Source: a virus. Taken from it: a stretch of 64,000 bases of DNA. The notes beneath the pieces were generated by a model. That model was not told the DNA's origin and did no database searches. It was given only the letters and a program-made list of their open reading frames with translations. The stretch lies in the IMG/VR virus record IMGVR_UViG_3300042462_000689; one strand, 5' to 3'. The position numbers were made by a program, and so were the translations under genes. Within the stretch, counting starts at the first letter, position 1. Each line of letters opens with the position of its first letter. Positions 36,187 through 44,775 of this stretch are shown here, piece by piece.

Positions 36187-39100
36187 ATGAGTGAAAAACT
36201 ACAAAGCCCCACGCCCGCCCCTGGCGAAATTGAAATCGGCATGCCGACCAGCCTTGTCGCCCGCAATAAAAAGGTGGGGGATCGGCTGCTGGTCGCCGGC
36301 GAGGGCAAAATCCCGGCCGAGATCATGTTCGTGGCTACGGCGGTGGATGAGGACGAGGCCGTGGACCATATCAAGGGCTCCTACGGGCGCACCATCCCTC
36401 AGCGCGCCCGGTATCTGAAGGGAGCCGCCGGATGCATCCTCTCGGACATCCTGGCCTCCATCGGCATTGACATCTACGACCACTACTACACGGCGGTCAT
36501 CAAATGGCTGCTGCCTCGACAGGATCGCAATCGCCCCAAGCAGACGCTCGTCGCGCAATCCATGCCCATCCTGCTGGACGAGATCAAACGGGTGCAGCCG
36601 AAGATCATAGTCACGTTCGGCAAGGTGGCATTCGATGCCGTGTTTCCGAACCGGATGAAATTCGACTCGGTGAGGGCGGGCTGGTTCTACTCCGAGCAGC
36701 ACGAGGCCAAAATCTTTGTGATGCAGGATGTCAGGAAGCCGGTTTATGAGCCGGCGCAAATCGAGGCGTTCCGCATGGAGCTGCTGGAATTGCGCAAGAT
36801 GCTGGATGAGACCAGGGGAATTGAAGTGGTCAAATCGCCGGAGGATTACCAAATCATCTCCACACCAGACCAATTGGTTGAGTTCACCAAAATGCTCGCC
36901 GGGGAGAAACAGCATCTCCTATCGGTGGACTGCGAGTTCGGCGGCAGGAATCACGTCGATGGGAGGCTGCGCTCGCTGCAAATGGAATGGACGCCAGGAC
37001 GGGCACGCTATATCCGGCTGATGGATGACAAGCTGAACATTGCCTTCCCAGGGGGATACGAGGCTGCCGGTCAAATCCTCCAACCGCATTGCAATGACCC
37101 CAAGACCAAATACATCGGCTACCATATCTCCGCGGATTTGCCGTGGATGCATACGTGGTTGGGCTTGGACTGGTATCAAAAGGCAATGATCGATGTGGAA
37201 GGTGCGCAGCAGGTGCTCGATGAGAATGCCGAATTGGGATTGGAGAGGCTGGCGTTGCAATACACAGCACTGGGACGCTACGACATCCCATTGGAGCTTT
37301 GGAAGTTGGATAATCGGGAGAAGGTCTCGGACGACCTGGGCTACCTGCTGATCCCGGACGAGATCCTCGTGCCCTACGCATTAAAGGATGTGTCTGCGCC
37401 GATGATCGCCGCCCCACAGATCATCAAGCGCCTGATGTCCGACAAGACCTGGGAGTATTACCGGGACTACCGGCATCACCTCGTCACAGACATCTTCACG
37501 CAATTTGCTTTGCTGGGACTGCCAATTAATAAAGCTAAAATAGATATCCTCCGCGACCTCTACAGCTACGCGCGTGAGCTGCTGGAGAAGAAATTCATCC
37601 ACGAGTTGCGGATTGAGTCCGGGCAATTGCTGCTGAAGGCGATGCTCTCCGCATCCAAGGACCCGAAATGCTTTGGCGTGTATCAGGAGATCCTGACCAT
37701 GGCGGCTGAGGGCCATCACGTGGAGGCGGAGGCGCGGTTGAAGGAGTTCGTGATGCCTGATCTTGATCTGATCAAGCATACGACATCCAAACAGGATTTT
37801 GAGATGGCAAAGGCCATGGCCGCGGAGACGGAGAAGAAAGTACTGCCGGCGCTGCATCATTTCCTGGAAGCCCCCAATTTCAATGTGCGGTCGGCGGACT
37901 GCAAGAAGCGGTGGCTGTTCGACGTCAAAGGCATGACGCCCGTAAAGACCACCAATCGCAAGGAGGCGGGGCTGCCATCAATTCCATGGAGCCGCGTGCA
38001 GAATCTGCCGCCCCACATCGCGGCGCAATACGCCCCGGCCTGCGACAAGCAGACGCTCAAGATGCTGGCGGATGACACGCAGGATGCATTGCTGCGGCGG
38101 ATGCTGGACATGCTCGCCGTGGGCAATATTGCGAAGTCATGCTTCAAGCAGCCGCAGGTGGATGAGTTTACGGGGGAGATCGTGAAGGAGAATGGGTTGC
38201 ACACCTGGATTGCGGGCGATGGGTACATCCATCCAAATAATTCTGTGACTGAAACGGGGCGTCCTCGGGGTTGGAAGCCAAACTACTTAAACTGGGCCAA
38301 ATATATTCATAAAGGCGTGGCTCGGGGGATTGCTGAGGTATTGAAGGAGCAGCATGATATCGGCGAATTGCCCGAGAAATTTCAAGTGTTCCTGGATCCA
38401 GATGCGATCCCAAGCGTGCGTAGTATTGTAGATGTTACGGAACTGCCTCCGCTCGAAGGGTCCGTTGGCTGGTGCTTTAGTGACAGCGATTTCGCTACGG
38501 CAGAAATTAGATCTATGGCGTTTTTGAGCGGGGATGAGAACCTGATCCGCTTGATGACGGAACCGGACGATCAGTTTGGGTTGGCAAAAGTGAAGGATAA
38601 AAAGCATTCGATTCGTTTGCGTTATGCTTCCGACTGCGGCATTGATGAAAAGAACTGGAGATCTGAATTCATTCTGACTTCAGCGACCAATGGAAAAATA
38701 GAGGCGCGTGTCTCGTGGGCTGAATTGCTGCGCAAAGATGGAAAGCTAATTCATCCGCCACATGATTTGCACTGGTCACTGGTGGAGTGGGTGCAAAACA
38801 ATCCACGCGAACTGTTCGACGCCGAGATCGATCGCGGCGGCACGGGCAAGCCAGGGAATTTCTGCATCGCCGAAGATGAACTCGTGCTGACCGGTCGCGG
38901 GTGGATAGCAATTCAGAATGTTCTTGGTTGCGATGTCCTATGGGACGGCGTAGCGTGGGTCCATCATGAAGGACTCAAATACAACGGAATTGCTGAAGTG
39001 CGAAACTACCAGGGATTGCGCGCGACCGACGGACACGAAGTTTGGGATCGAGACGGAAGAAAAATCTACTTCGGGCAGGCGCGCACACAACAAATTGAAC

Positions 39101-40446
39101 TTGCCTCAATTGGTGGAGCGGGCCAAAAAATTGAATGTGCCTGGCCTGATAGTTTTCCCCGAAACGATTCACAGAACGGGGTCGGGATACTTTCACCTGA
39201 TGACGCAATGCACTTTGTGCGGAAAACAACTGGAGAAAGAGATCCGGAATTTGGAGCAGGGTTTTTCCAGCAAGTGCCATTGTCAGAGGCTGGGGGCGCG
39301 TGCGGCGTACGGCGTAGCGCGACCGTTGACGAAGACGCTCGGCACTCGATACAATGCGATGATGCAGCGCTGCTACAAAGACACGCACGTGTCGTCGTAC
39401 AATTACAAGATGCGCGGCATTCAAGTGTTGTTCAAATCTCGCCGGGATTTTGTGACGTGGGCGTTGGAGAAATGGCCGGAGGAGACATTCAAGAAAAAGG
39501 ACTTCGACAGGATCGACAACGACGGACATTACTCGAAAGAGAATCTTCGGTTGGTGGATCGTCGGACGAATTTGTTGAATCGGAGAAGACCCAAAGATGT
39601 GGACATTCAGACCGCACGGGACTTCATGGCACGGCATCCCGAGGTGAATTACACGGCGACCACGTGCTACGGGTTATTCCGGCTGGGCATGAGCGAGTAT
39701 CAAATACTGGAACGCCACAGGAACAGCAGCAAGGCAGGGTGGAGAAAGTCAGGGTCTACGACATCATAAACGCGGGGCCGCGAAATAGGTTTGTGTGCTC
39801 CGGGATACTTGTGTCGAATTCCACCTCGTACGGAGCTACAGCGAGCACGCTGGATCGTCAAATCAAAGCCATCATTGGCAAGTCACCACCAGAAGGCACA
39901 GGGCAAGGTATTTTGGATGCCCTTCGACGCAGACAGCCCGTGGCGGTGGAATGGCTGGAGGCGCTTGCGGAAATACCAGGATCACAATATCCGGAATACC
40001 AATTGGAGTCGGGGCAGAAGCGAAGGTTCCATGCCCACCGTTCATTTGTTCGAGGGATGGATGAAAGGACCAAGAACAGCATCCTCTCCGGATTGAGCAG
40101 ACAGGCGCGAAATTTTCCGAACCAAGCCATCGTGGCCGATACATCGACGAAAGCGGTGAAGAATCTGATGGCGTATTACCGGCAGTATGGATTTCGGTCC
40201 TACCCGCTGGTGATTTTATACGACTCCGTGGTGAGCTGTGGTCCCGTGGAAGAGCGGTTCCATGTGGCAGCGGCGCATCAGCGATTCATGACGACGGAAA
40301 ACTGCTGGCATAACCACGGTAGGACTTGGAATTTTCCGATCGACACCGGCTTCACATTGGCGTGGGGATCGAAGCCCTCAGATGATATGAAAAAGAAACT
40401 CAACGACAAGACTTGGCACAGCGAGGCCCCATGGCTCAAGCTCTGA
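36187..40446 (+). CDS. polA: family A DNA polymerase with N-terminal UDG-like domain, 3'-5' exonuclease and an intein
   Basis: UDG family 4-like N-terminus; SVDCE/YHISAD/YALKD exonuclease motifs; TETGR; SDFATAEIR motif A; K..NF|STSYG motif B; RNFPNQ; ILYDS motif C. Confidence 0.92.
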   Translation: MSEKLQSPTPAPGEIEIGMPTSLVARNKKVGDRLLVAGEGKIPAEIMFVATAVDEDEAVDHIKGSYGRTIPQRARYLKGAAGCILSDILASIGIDIYDHYYTAVIKWLLPRQDRNRPKQTLVAQSMPILLDEIKRVQPKIIVTFGKVAFDAVFPNRMKFDSVRAGWFYSEQHEAKIFVMQDVRKPVYEPAQIEAFRMELLELRKMLDETRGIEVVKSPEDYQIISTPDQLVEFTKMLAGEKQHLLSVDCEFGGRNHVDGRLRSLQMEWTPGRARYIRLMDDKLNIAFPGGYEAAGQILQPHCNDPKTKYIGYHISADLPWMHTWLGLDWYQKAMIDVEGAQQVLDENAELGLERLALQYTALGRYDIPLELWKLDNREKVSDDLGYLLIPDEILVPYALKDVSAPMIAAPQIIKRLMSDKTWEYYRDYRHHLVTDIFTQFALLGLPINKAKIDILRDLYSYARELLEKKFIHELRIESGQLLLKAMLSASKDPKCFGVYQEILTMAAEGHHVEAEARLKEFVMPDLDLIKHTTSKQDFEMAKAMAAETEKKVLPALHHFLEAPNFNVRSADCKKRWLFDVKGMTPVKTTNRKEAGLPSIPWSRVQNLPPHIAAQYAPACDKQTLKMLADDTQDALLRRMLDMLAVGNIAKSCFKQPQVDEFTGEIVKENGLHTWIAGDGYIHPNNSVTETGRPRGWKPNYLNWAKYIHKGVARGIAEVLKEQHDIGELPEKFQVFLDPDAIPSVRSIVDVTELPPLEGSVGWCFSDSDFATAEIRSMAFLSGDENLIRLMTEPDDQFGLAKVKDKKHSIRLRYASDCGIDEKNWRSEFILTSATNGKIEARVSWAELLRKDGKLIHPPHDLHWSLVEWVQNNPRELFDAEIDRGGTGKPGNFCIAEDELVLTGRGWIAIQNVLGCDVLWDGVAWVHHEGLKYNGIAEVRNYQGLRATDGHEVWDRDGRKIYFGQARTQQIELASIGGAGQKIECAWPDSFPRNDSQNGVGILSPDDAMHFVRKTTGERDPEFGAGFFQQVPLSEAGGACGVRRSATVDEDARHSIQCDDAALLQRHARVVVQLQDARHSSVVQISPGFCDVGVGEMAGGDIQEKGLRQDRQRRTLLERESSVGGSSDEFVESEKTQRCGHSDRTGLHGTASRGELHGDHVLRVIPAGHERVSNTGTPQEQQQGRVEKVRVYDIINAGPRNRFVCSGILVSNSTSYGATASTLDRQIKAIIGKSPPEGTGQGILDALRRRQPVAVEWLEALAEIPGSQYPEYQLESGQKRRFHAHRSFVRGMDERTKNSILSGLSRQARNFPNQAIVADTSTKAVKNLMAYYRQYGFRSYPLVILYDSVVSCGPVEERFHVAAAHQRFMTTENCWHNHGRTWNFPIDTGFTLAWGSKPSDDMKKKLNDKTWHSEAPWLKL
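38863..39819 (+). mobile_element. intein (319 aa) in PolA motif B
   Basis: Starts CIAEDELVLT, block B ATDGHEVW, block F VYDI, ends ILVSN followed by Ser; removal restores KPGNFSTSYG. Confidence 0.92.
38966..39769 (+). CDS. HNH homing endonuclease nested in the intein in the +1 frame
   Basis: CTLC...CHC, RYNAMMQRCY...YNYKMRGIQV...FDRIDNDGHYSKENLR...NLLNRR; true start codon uncertain. Confidence 0.85.
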   Translation: MKDSNTTELLKCETTRDCARPTDTKFGIETEEKSTSGRRAHNKLNLPQLVERAKKLNVPGLIVFPETIHRTGSGYFHLMTQCTLCGKQLEKEIRNLEQGFSSKCHCQRLGARAAYGVARPLTKTLGTRYNAMMQRCYKDTHVSSYNYKMRGIQVLFKSRRDFVTWALEKWPEETFKKKDFDRIDNDGHYSKENLRLVDRRTNLLNRRRPKDVDIQTARDFMARHPEVNYTATTCYGLFRLGMSEYQILERHRNSSKAGWRKSGSTTS

Positions 40447-40517
40447 ACCCCCGGAATCACAGGTAGGAAAAATCAGTAAATCAGTCAGTAAACCAAACAA
40501 CAAAAACAAAAAAACAG

Positions 40518-42368
40518 ATGAGTAACCAAGCACCAACAGCACCACACGCCCCCGGATCAGCACCCACAGCACCCGGCGGCCCTGAAAAGAAAAAGTTCAA
40601 GAAGACAGGCAACGAGTTCGTCGACGGCCTGAACGACTTCGACTTCGAGTTAGGAACGCGGTTCTTCCAGGATCACGTCCTCGGCGCCACCCCCAGCGGC
40701 AAGTTCGCCGTGGATGGTCGCATCCTGCCAGCGCGGAATCCTGCGCTGATCGGAAAGCCCGAATACGCGACGTCCTACATTCCGTATCGCCACTGCAATA
40801 CGGCGAACCTCGTGGACCAATCGCTGCTCGACGCGGATCGCAATGTACCCAAGACGACAAATTTCTTCGTCGGGATGCTGGCCGTCCGCAGGTACGGCAG
40901 CAATGCGCCCCGGCATGACATCGTCTCTCCACGCACGCGAAAGGTGTATCCGGGATTCAAGGCCGGTCCGGATGATCTGGCCTGTCCGTTCATTGACATT
41001 CGCGCTTACGCCAAGAAACTGGCGGAGGATGACGAGTCGCTGGAGCATCTCTTGGAGGGTGATTTCGCCAATAAGATCGATCCCATCATTCCCAAGGTGA
41101 AGACGTTCTTGCTTTGCAATATGTGGGGCCTGGTCGGCACGGATGCCCATCGCAACAATGCCTCGGAGAACTTCCTGGGCTACCTCACGGACTACGGGTT
41201 CAAGAACATGCTCGACCGGCTGACGTTCCCGCCGCAATACGGCACCACATCCCGCGATCCCAATTTCCCTGAGTTCATGCTCGGGGACATCACGGATCCG
41301 AAGACCGGCCTTTGGGCCTGGGGGCAGCAGGTGCAGGAAGGCGTGACGACCCCGTGGTCGTGGACGTTCTCCAAGAGCCCCAACACGCTGGATGGTAGCT
41401 CGGTCGTCGCGATGACGGACGAAATCTTGGCGAAGCGGTATGCACTGGATCACACGCTGTTCAACATCCTGTCGTATCAGGAGATCGTGGACATCATCTG
41501 CGAGGACAAATCCATCCCGCACCGGTTCGTGGAGACGGCGTGCGCGCACAGGGCAAAGGTCACGGCGTACAAGGAGAACACCACATACTCGTTCGGCAAT
41601 CCGGCGGCAAATGGCCCGAGTGCCGCGCCCGCAGGAAAGCTCTACTACGTGTTCAACGCAGGAGTGACGGATCCGACGCCGGTGACGCTCGCGCAGATCG
41701 TGGTGGTACTGCAGACCAAGCCGCAGGCGATGTTCTGTGAGAAGGGCAAGCAGGAATGGCAGACGGCGCAGCAGGTGCTGGCGTCCATGGTTCCCGCTGG
41801 TCCGGTCAATCAAGGCCCTCCGACCCCTCCGGCGGCCCCGCAATTGCCGACTCCGCCGCAGGCTCCCTCGGCGCCCACGCCTCCGGTTCAGCCGACAGCG
41901 CCCACGCCACCGCCGCAACCAGCAGCCCCCGCCCCGCAACGGCCGGCCCCGCCGACGCCGCCAGCAGAGCCGACACCAGCCCCAGTCACACCCGCGGATA
42001 CGCGGATGTTCTGGGTGTCGCAGGCCGGGAAGATGAGCGATGGATGTGTGAATGTCGCCGCCGCAAAGGATGTGGCGGCCAATGCACCGAAGGCTCTGTT
42101 CTGCGAGGATGGAACGGAGAAGTGGCAGACGGCCGCGCAGCTCGGATGGGCAGCAGCCCCCGCCGCAGCGCCCCAGCCGCCCACAGGTCCCACAGCCCCG
42201 CAGGCACCGGCGGCAGCCCCCGCAGAGGCAGCCCCCAACGGCATGACTCCTGAGGAGGCCGCGGAATACGATCAGCTCACCGCGGCGCTCGCCGTGCCGG
42301 GCGTGGTGCCTCAGATGGACCAGGTGACGCGCCTGATGGCGCTGGAGCAGAAGAAGTCCGGGAAGTAG
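40518..42368 (+). CDS. 616-aa protein with two GYF_2-like domains and Pro/Ala linkers; possible ssDNA-binding/recombination protein
   Basis: Directly follows polA; two repeats of the (Y/F)(Y/W)V...A(M/L)FCE.G...WQTA.Q type; SSB role inferred from position only. Confidence 0.6.
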   Translation: MSNQAPTAPHAPGSAPTAPGGPEKKKFKKTGNEFVDGLNDFDFELGTRFFQDHVLGATPSGKFAVDGRILPARNPALIGKPEYATSYIPYRHCNTANLVDQSLLDADRNVPKTTNFFVGMLAVRRYGSNAPRHDIVSPRTRKVYPGFKAGPDDLACPFIDIRAYAKKLAEDDESLEHLLEGDFANKIDPIIPKVKTFLLCNMWGLVGTDAHRNNASENFLGYLTDYGFKNMLDRLTFPPQYGTTSRDPNFPEFMLGDITDPKTGLWAWGQQVQEGVTTPWSWTFSKSPNTLDGSSVVAMTDEILAKRYALDHTLFNILSYQEIVDIICEDKSIPHRFVETACAHRAKVTAYKENTTYSFGNPAANGPSAAPAGKLYYVFNAGVTDPTPVTLAQIVVVLQTKPQAMFCEKGKQEWQTAQQVLASMVPAGPVNQGPPTPPAAPQLPTPPQAPSAPTPPVQPTAPTPPPQPAAPAPQRPAPPTPPAEPTPAPVTPADTRMFWVSQAGKMSDGCVNVAAAKDVAANAPKALFCEDGTEKWQTAAQLGWAAAPAAAPQPPTGPTAPQAPAAAPAEAAPNGMTPEEAAEYDQLTAALAVPGVVPQMDQVTRLMALEQKKSGK

Positions 42369-42383
42369 GCAGTTGAATCAAAC

Positions 42384-42423
42384 AAGCAGGCCGGGTCCGA
42401 ACCCCGCGCCTGCTTTTCTTTTT
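42384..42423 (+). terminator. intrinsic terminator
   Basis: AAGCAGG/CCTGCTT stem followed by TTCTTTTT. Confidence 0.75.
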
Positions 42424-42431
42424 GCAGATAA

Positions 42432-42803
42432 ATGACATTCAAAGAATTACAAGCGAAAGCCACCCCAGGAGAATGGTATCTCGGGGTGGGCACGCAATAT
42501 TGCTTTCATTCCGGAAACCGGGTGGCAATGTGCGTGGGATTTGAGGAGGGAGGAGAGCAAAGCGAATGCACACTCGCGGAGTTTTGGCCGGCGGATCACG
42601 ACAAGGATATCATCGACGCGCAATTGATGCTGCACTGCCGGAAGCATTTCGCCAAGGCCCTGCAGGCGCTGGAGGACATGACAGGAGCCATGCAGGTCAT
42701 GTGGGAGGCCCTGCCGGATGATGCGACCGAGGAGCAGGAGGAGGACTTCACTGGATTGAACGAGGCGCAGCAAATTCTCAAAGAAGCAAAGGAGATCAAA
42801 TGA
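42432..42803 (+). CDS. MTFxEL paralog family protein 1
   Basis: MTFKEL...HC..HF...ALED...EAKEIK. Confidence 0.75.
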   Translation: MTFKELQAKATPGEWYLGVGTQYCFHSGNRVAMCVGFEEGGEQSECTLAEFWPADHDKDIIDAQLMLHCRKHFAKALQALEDMTGAMQVMWEALPDDATEEQEEDFTGLNEAQQILKEAKEIK

Positions 42804-43126
42804 CATTCAATGAATTGATGAAGAATGCGGTGATTCTGCCGCTAACCGTGGAGATGGAAAAGGGTATCGGAAATATGTGGGAGCCGACCATCTACCAGAG
42901 GAATGCTCACCCAGACAGGCAGTGGGTGGCCGATCTGCCGAAATGGCCGAGCGAAACTCCGCCGCCGCTGGCTGACCTCATCGTCCATTGCGTGAACAAC
43001 TTCACGTCTTTGATGGAGGCTCTGACGGACTGCGCTGCCGCACTCCAGCCGAGTCGAAACCAAGAGGAGCGAGAAGCTCTGGCGAAAGCGTGCGTCGCGC
43101 TGGCGATGGCAAAGGAGGTCAAATGA
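42800..43126 (+). CDS. MTFxEL paralog family protein 2
   Basis: MTFNEL...HCVNNF...ALTD...AKEVK. Confidence 0.75.
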   Translation: MTFNELMKNAVILPLTVEMEKGIGNMWEPTIYQRNAHPDRQWVADLPKWPSETPPPLADLIVHCVNNFTSLMEALTDCAAALQPSRNQEEREALAKACVALAMAKEVK

Positions 43127-43359
43127 CGAACAACACACTGGAGATTGGCGACTGCAACGAGCATGACGCCTTCATTGAAAACGACGCCGGGTGGGATGTG
43201 GCTATTTTGAGCCGCTACACCAAGCTGTCCAAGGGGGTCGGATGCGACGAGCATGTCCCGCAGCTCCTCACTGATGAGCAGTGGCAGGCTCTCGTGGATT
43301 GCGTGGATGCATGCCTGAAACAATACAAAGCTCCCACAGAGGAGAAGGAGACCAAATGA
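43123..43359 (+). CDS. hypothetical protein
   Basis: 78 aa, AAGGAGGT SD, ATGA overlap. Confidence 0.7.
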   Translation: MTNNTLEIGDCNEHDAFIENDAGWDVAILSRYTKLSKGVGCDEHVPQLLTDEQWQALVDCVDACLKQYKAPTEEKETK

Positions 43360-43712
43360 CATTCAATGAATTGAGCGCGCGGGCGACGCCGCGACCCTAT
43401 CACACAGACGGCGACGGGCAGATTTATGGACTCAATCCAGAGTTCGACCCGACCGACCTGCAGACGCACGATGAAATACTCATTGCGGATGTGGCGCCGG
43501 AGAACGTGGCGCTTACGGAATATGATGCGGATAACGCGGCCTTCCTTGTGCATTGCGCGAACCATTTTGAAACGCTGGTGGTAGCGCTGCAGGCATGCCG
43601 TAAAGCGCTGGAGGACCACGTCCAATACGAGGACGACGAAGAGGGCAGTGCAGAGGGTGACGCCTTCAGGTTGACGGAGAAGGCCCTCAAAGAAGCACAG
43701 GAGGTCAAATGA
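43356..43712 (+). CDS. MTFxEL paralog family protein 3
   Basis: MTFNEL...HCANHF...ALQA...EAQEVK. Confidence 0.75.
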   Translation: MTFNELSARATPRPYHTDGDGQIYGLNPEFDPTDLQTHDEILIADVAPENVALTEYDADNAAFLVHCANHFETLVVALQACRKALEDHVQYEDDEEGSAEGDAFRLTEKALKEAQEVK

Positions 43713-43879
43713 GCTACACGCTGACAATGACAAGCGATGAGTTTGGTTCAGAGGACTTCGGTCCCTACGCCAATATGAAGGATGCGCTGGCAGCACAGGC
43801 GCGCATCTTGAAAAAAGCGGAGAAATTGAAGGACGGGATCGTCAGGTCATTTACCATCCAACCAGAGGACTCCCAATGA
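43709..43879 (+). CDS. small hypothetical protein (56 aa, MSYTLTMT...)
   Basis: Translated by hand; GGAGGT SD and ATGA overlaps. Confidence 0.65.
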   Translation: MSYTLTMTSDEFGSEDFGPYANMKDALAAQARILKKAEKLKDGIVRSFTIQPEDSQ

Positions 43880-44064
43880 CCCATCCGGAAGCAATGGACC
43901 TAGCGGTGCGCTGCAGGTTGTCCGGGAGCGATGCCGACGCCGTCTATATGGCAACAAACACACCCGATGGTGAATTAACGCGGTCAGGTATCATCATAAA
44001 GCGGATGGCTATCACGCTTGGCGAACTGACCAAGAAAACGACCACCGAGGAGCAAATCAAATGA
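43876..44064 (+). CDS. small hypothetical protein
   Basis: 62 aa, ATGA overlaps. Confidence 0.6.
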   Translation: MTHPEAMDLAVRCRLSGSDADAVYMATNTPDGELTRSGIIIKRMAITLGELTKKTTTEEQIK

Positions 44065-44390
44065 CCATGCCTAAATCCAAAATCAAGGCACGCCTCGAAT
44101 ACCTACGGGGAGAGTTGCGCGCGGAACGAATCAGCTATGGCGAAATCGCGGAGCTTGCAGACCTGGCGGAGCACATCGCCCCCGGAGACGTGGAATTGCT
44201 GGAGGCGGCAGGAATCCCGGAATTTTCGAAGAAGCGGGATTACAAAAGGCAATACATGGGAGTGACCATTGACCGGGCTGGACGAAACAGCAGCGGCATC
44301 CGATGGACGGCGCTGGGAACTGACGGCTATCTTCGGGCTGACACGCTGGCAGGCATCAAACAACTGATCAAAAAGAATAAAACCAAATGA
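44061..44390 (+). CDS. hypothetical protein
   Basis: 109 aa, ATGA overlaps. Confidence 0.7.
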   Translation: MTMPKSKIKARLEYLRGELRAERISYGEIAELADLAEHIAPGDVELLEAAGIPEFSKKRDYKRQYMGVTIDRAGRNSSGIRWTALGTDGYLRADTLAGIKQLIKKNKTK

Positions 44391-44740
44391 GTGATTCAAA
44401 CCAGGGACATGTAGTCCCCAAACACTACGACAAGAAAGTGCAGCCGTGGGATCTGCAGAAATGCATGGAGAGTTCGGGCAATGCCTTCGTGGATTCCCGC
44501 AGGACGGACGCCATTGAATATTGTTTCCGCAACAAGGGAGACATGCTGGGCGATTTGCGAAAGGCCCGGCATTGCATTGATGCGGCGATCGAGGTGCTGG
44601 AGCTGCCGCCGCCGCTGACGAAAGCCGAGGAAGAGGAGAAAGCCAGGATTACGGCAGCCCTGTCAGTGCCTGGCTGCGTGCCGGTAATGGCGGATGTCAG
44701 TCGCCTCATGGATCTGATATTCAAGCAGCATGGAAAGTAA
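44387..44740 (+). CDS. DUF3310-like protein
   Basis: HVVPKHY...QPWD...DAIEYCFR.K...DLRKARHCI pattern. Confidence 0.65.
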   Translation: MSDSNQGHVVPKHYDKKVQPWDLQKCMESSGNAFVDSRRTDAIEYCFRNKGDMLGDLRKARHCIDAAIEVLELPPPLTKAEEEEKARITAALSVPGCVPVMADVSRLMDLIFKQHGK

Positions 44741-44775
44741 TTCGAATCCACCCCCACGTACAACCCAAAAACCAA

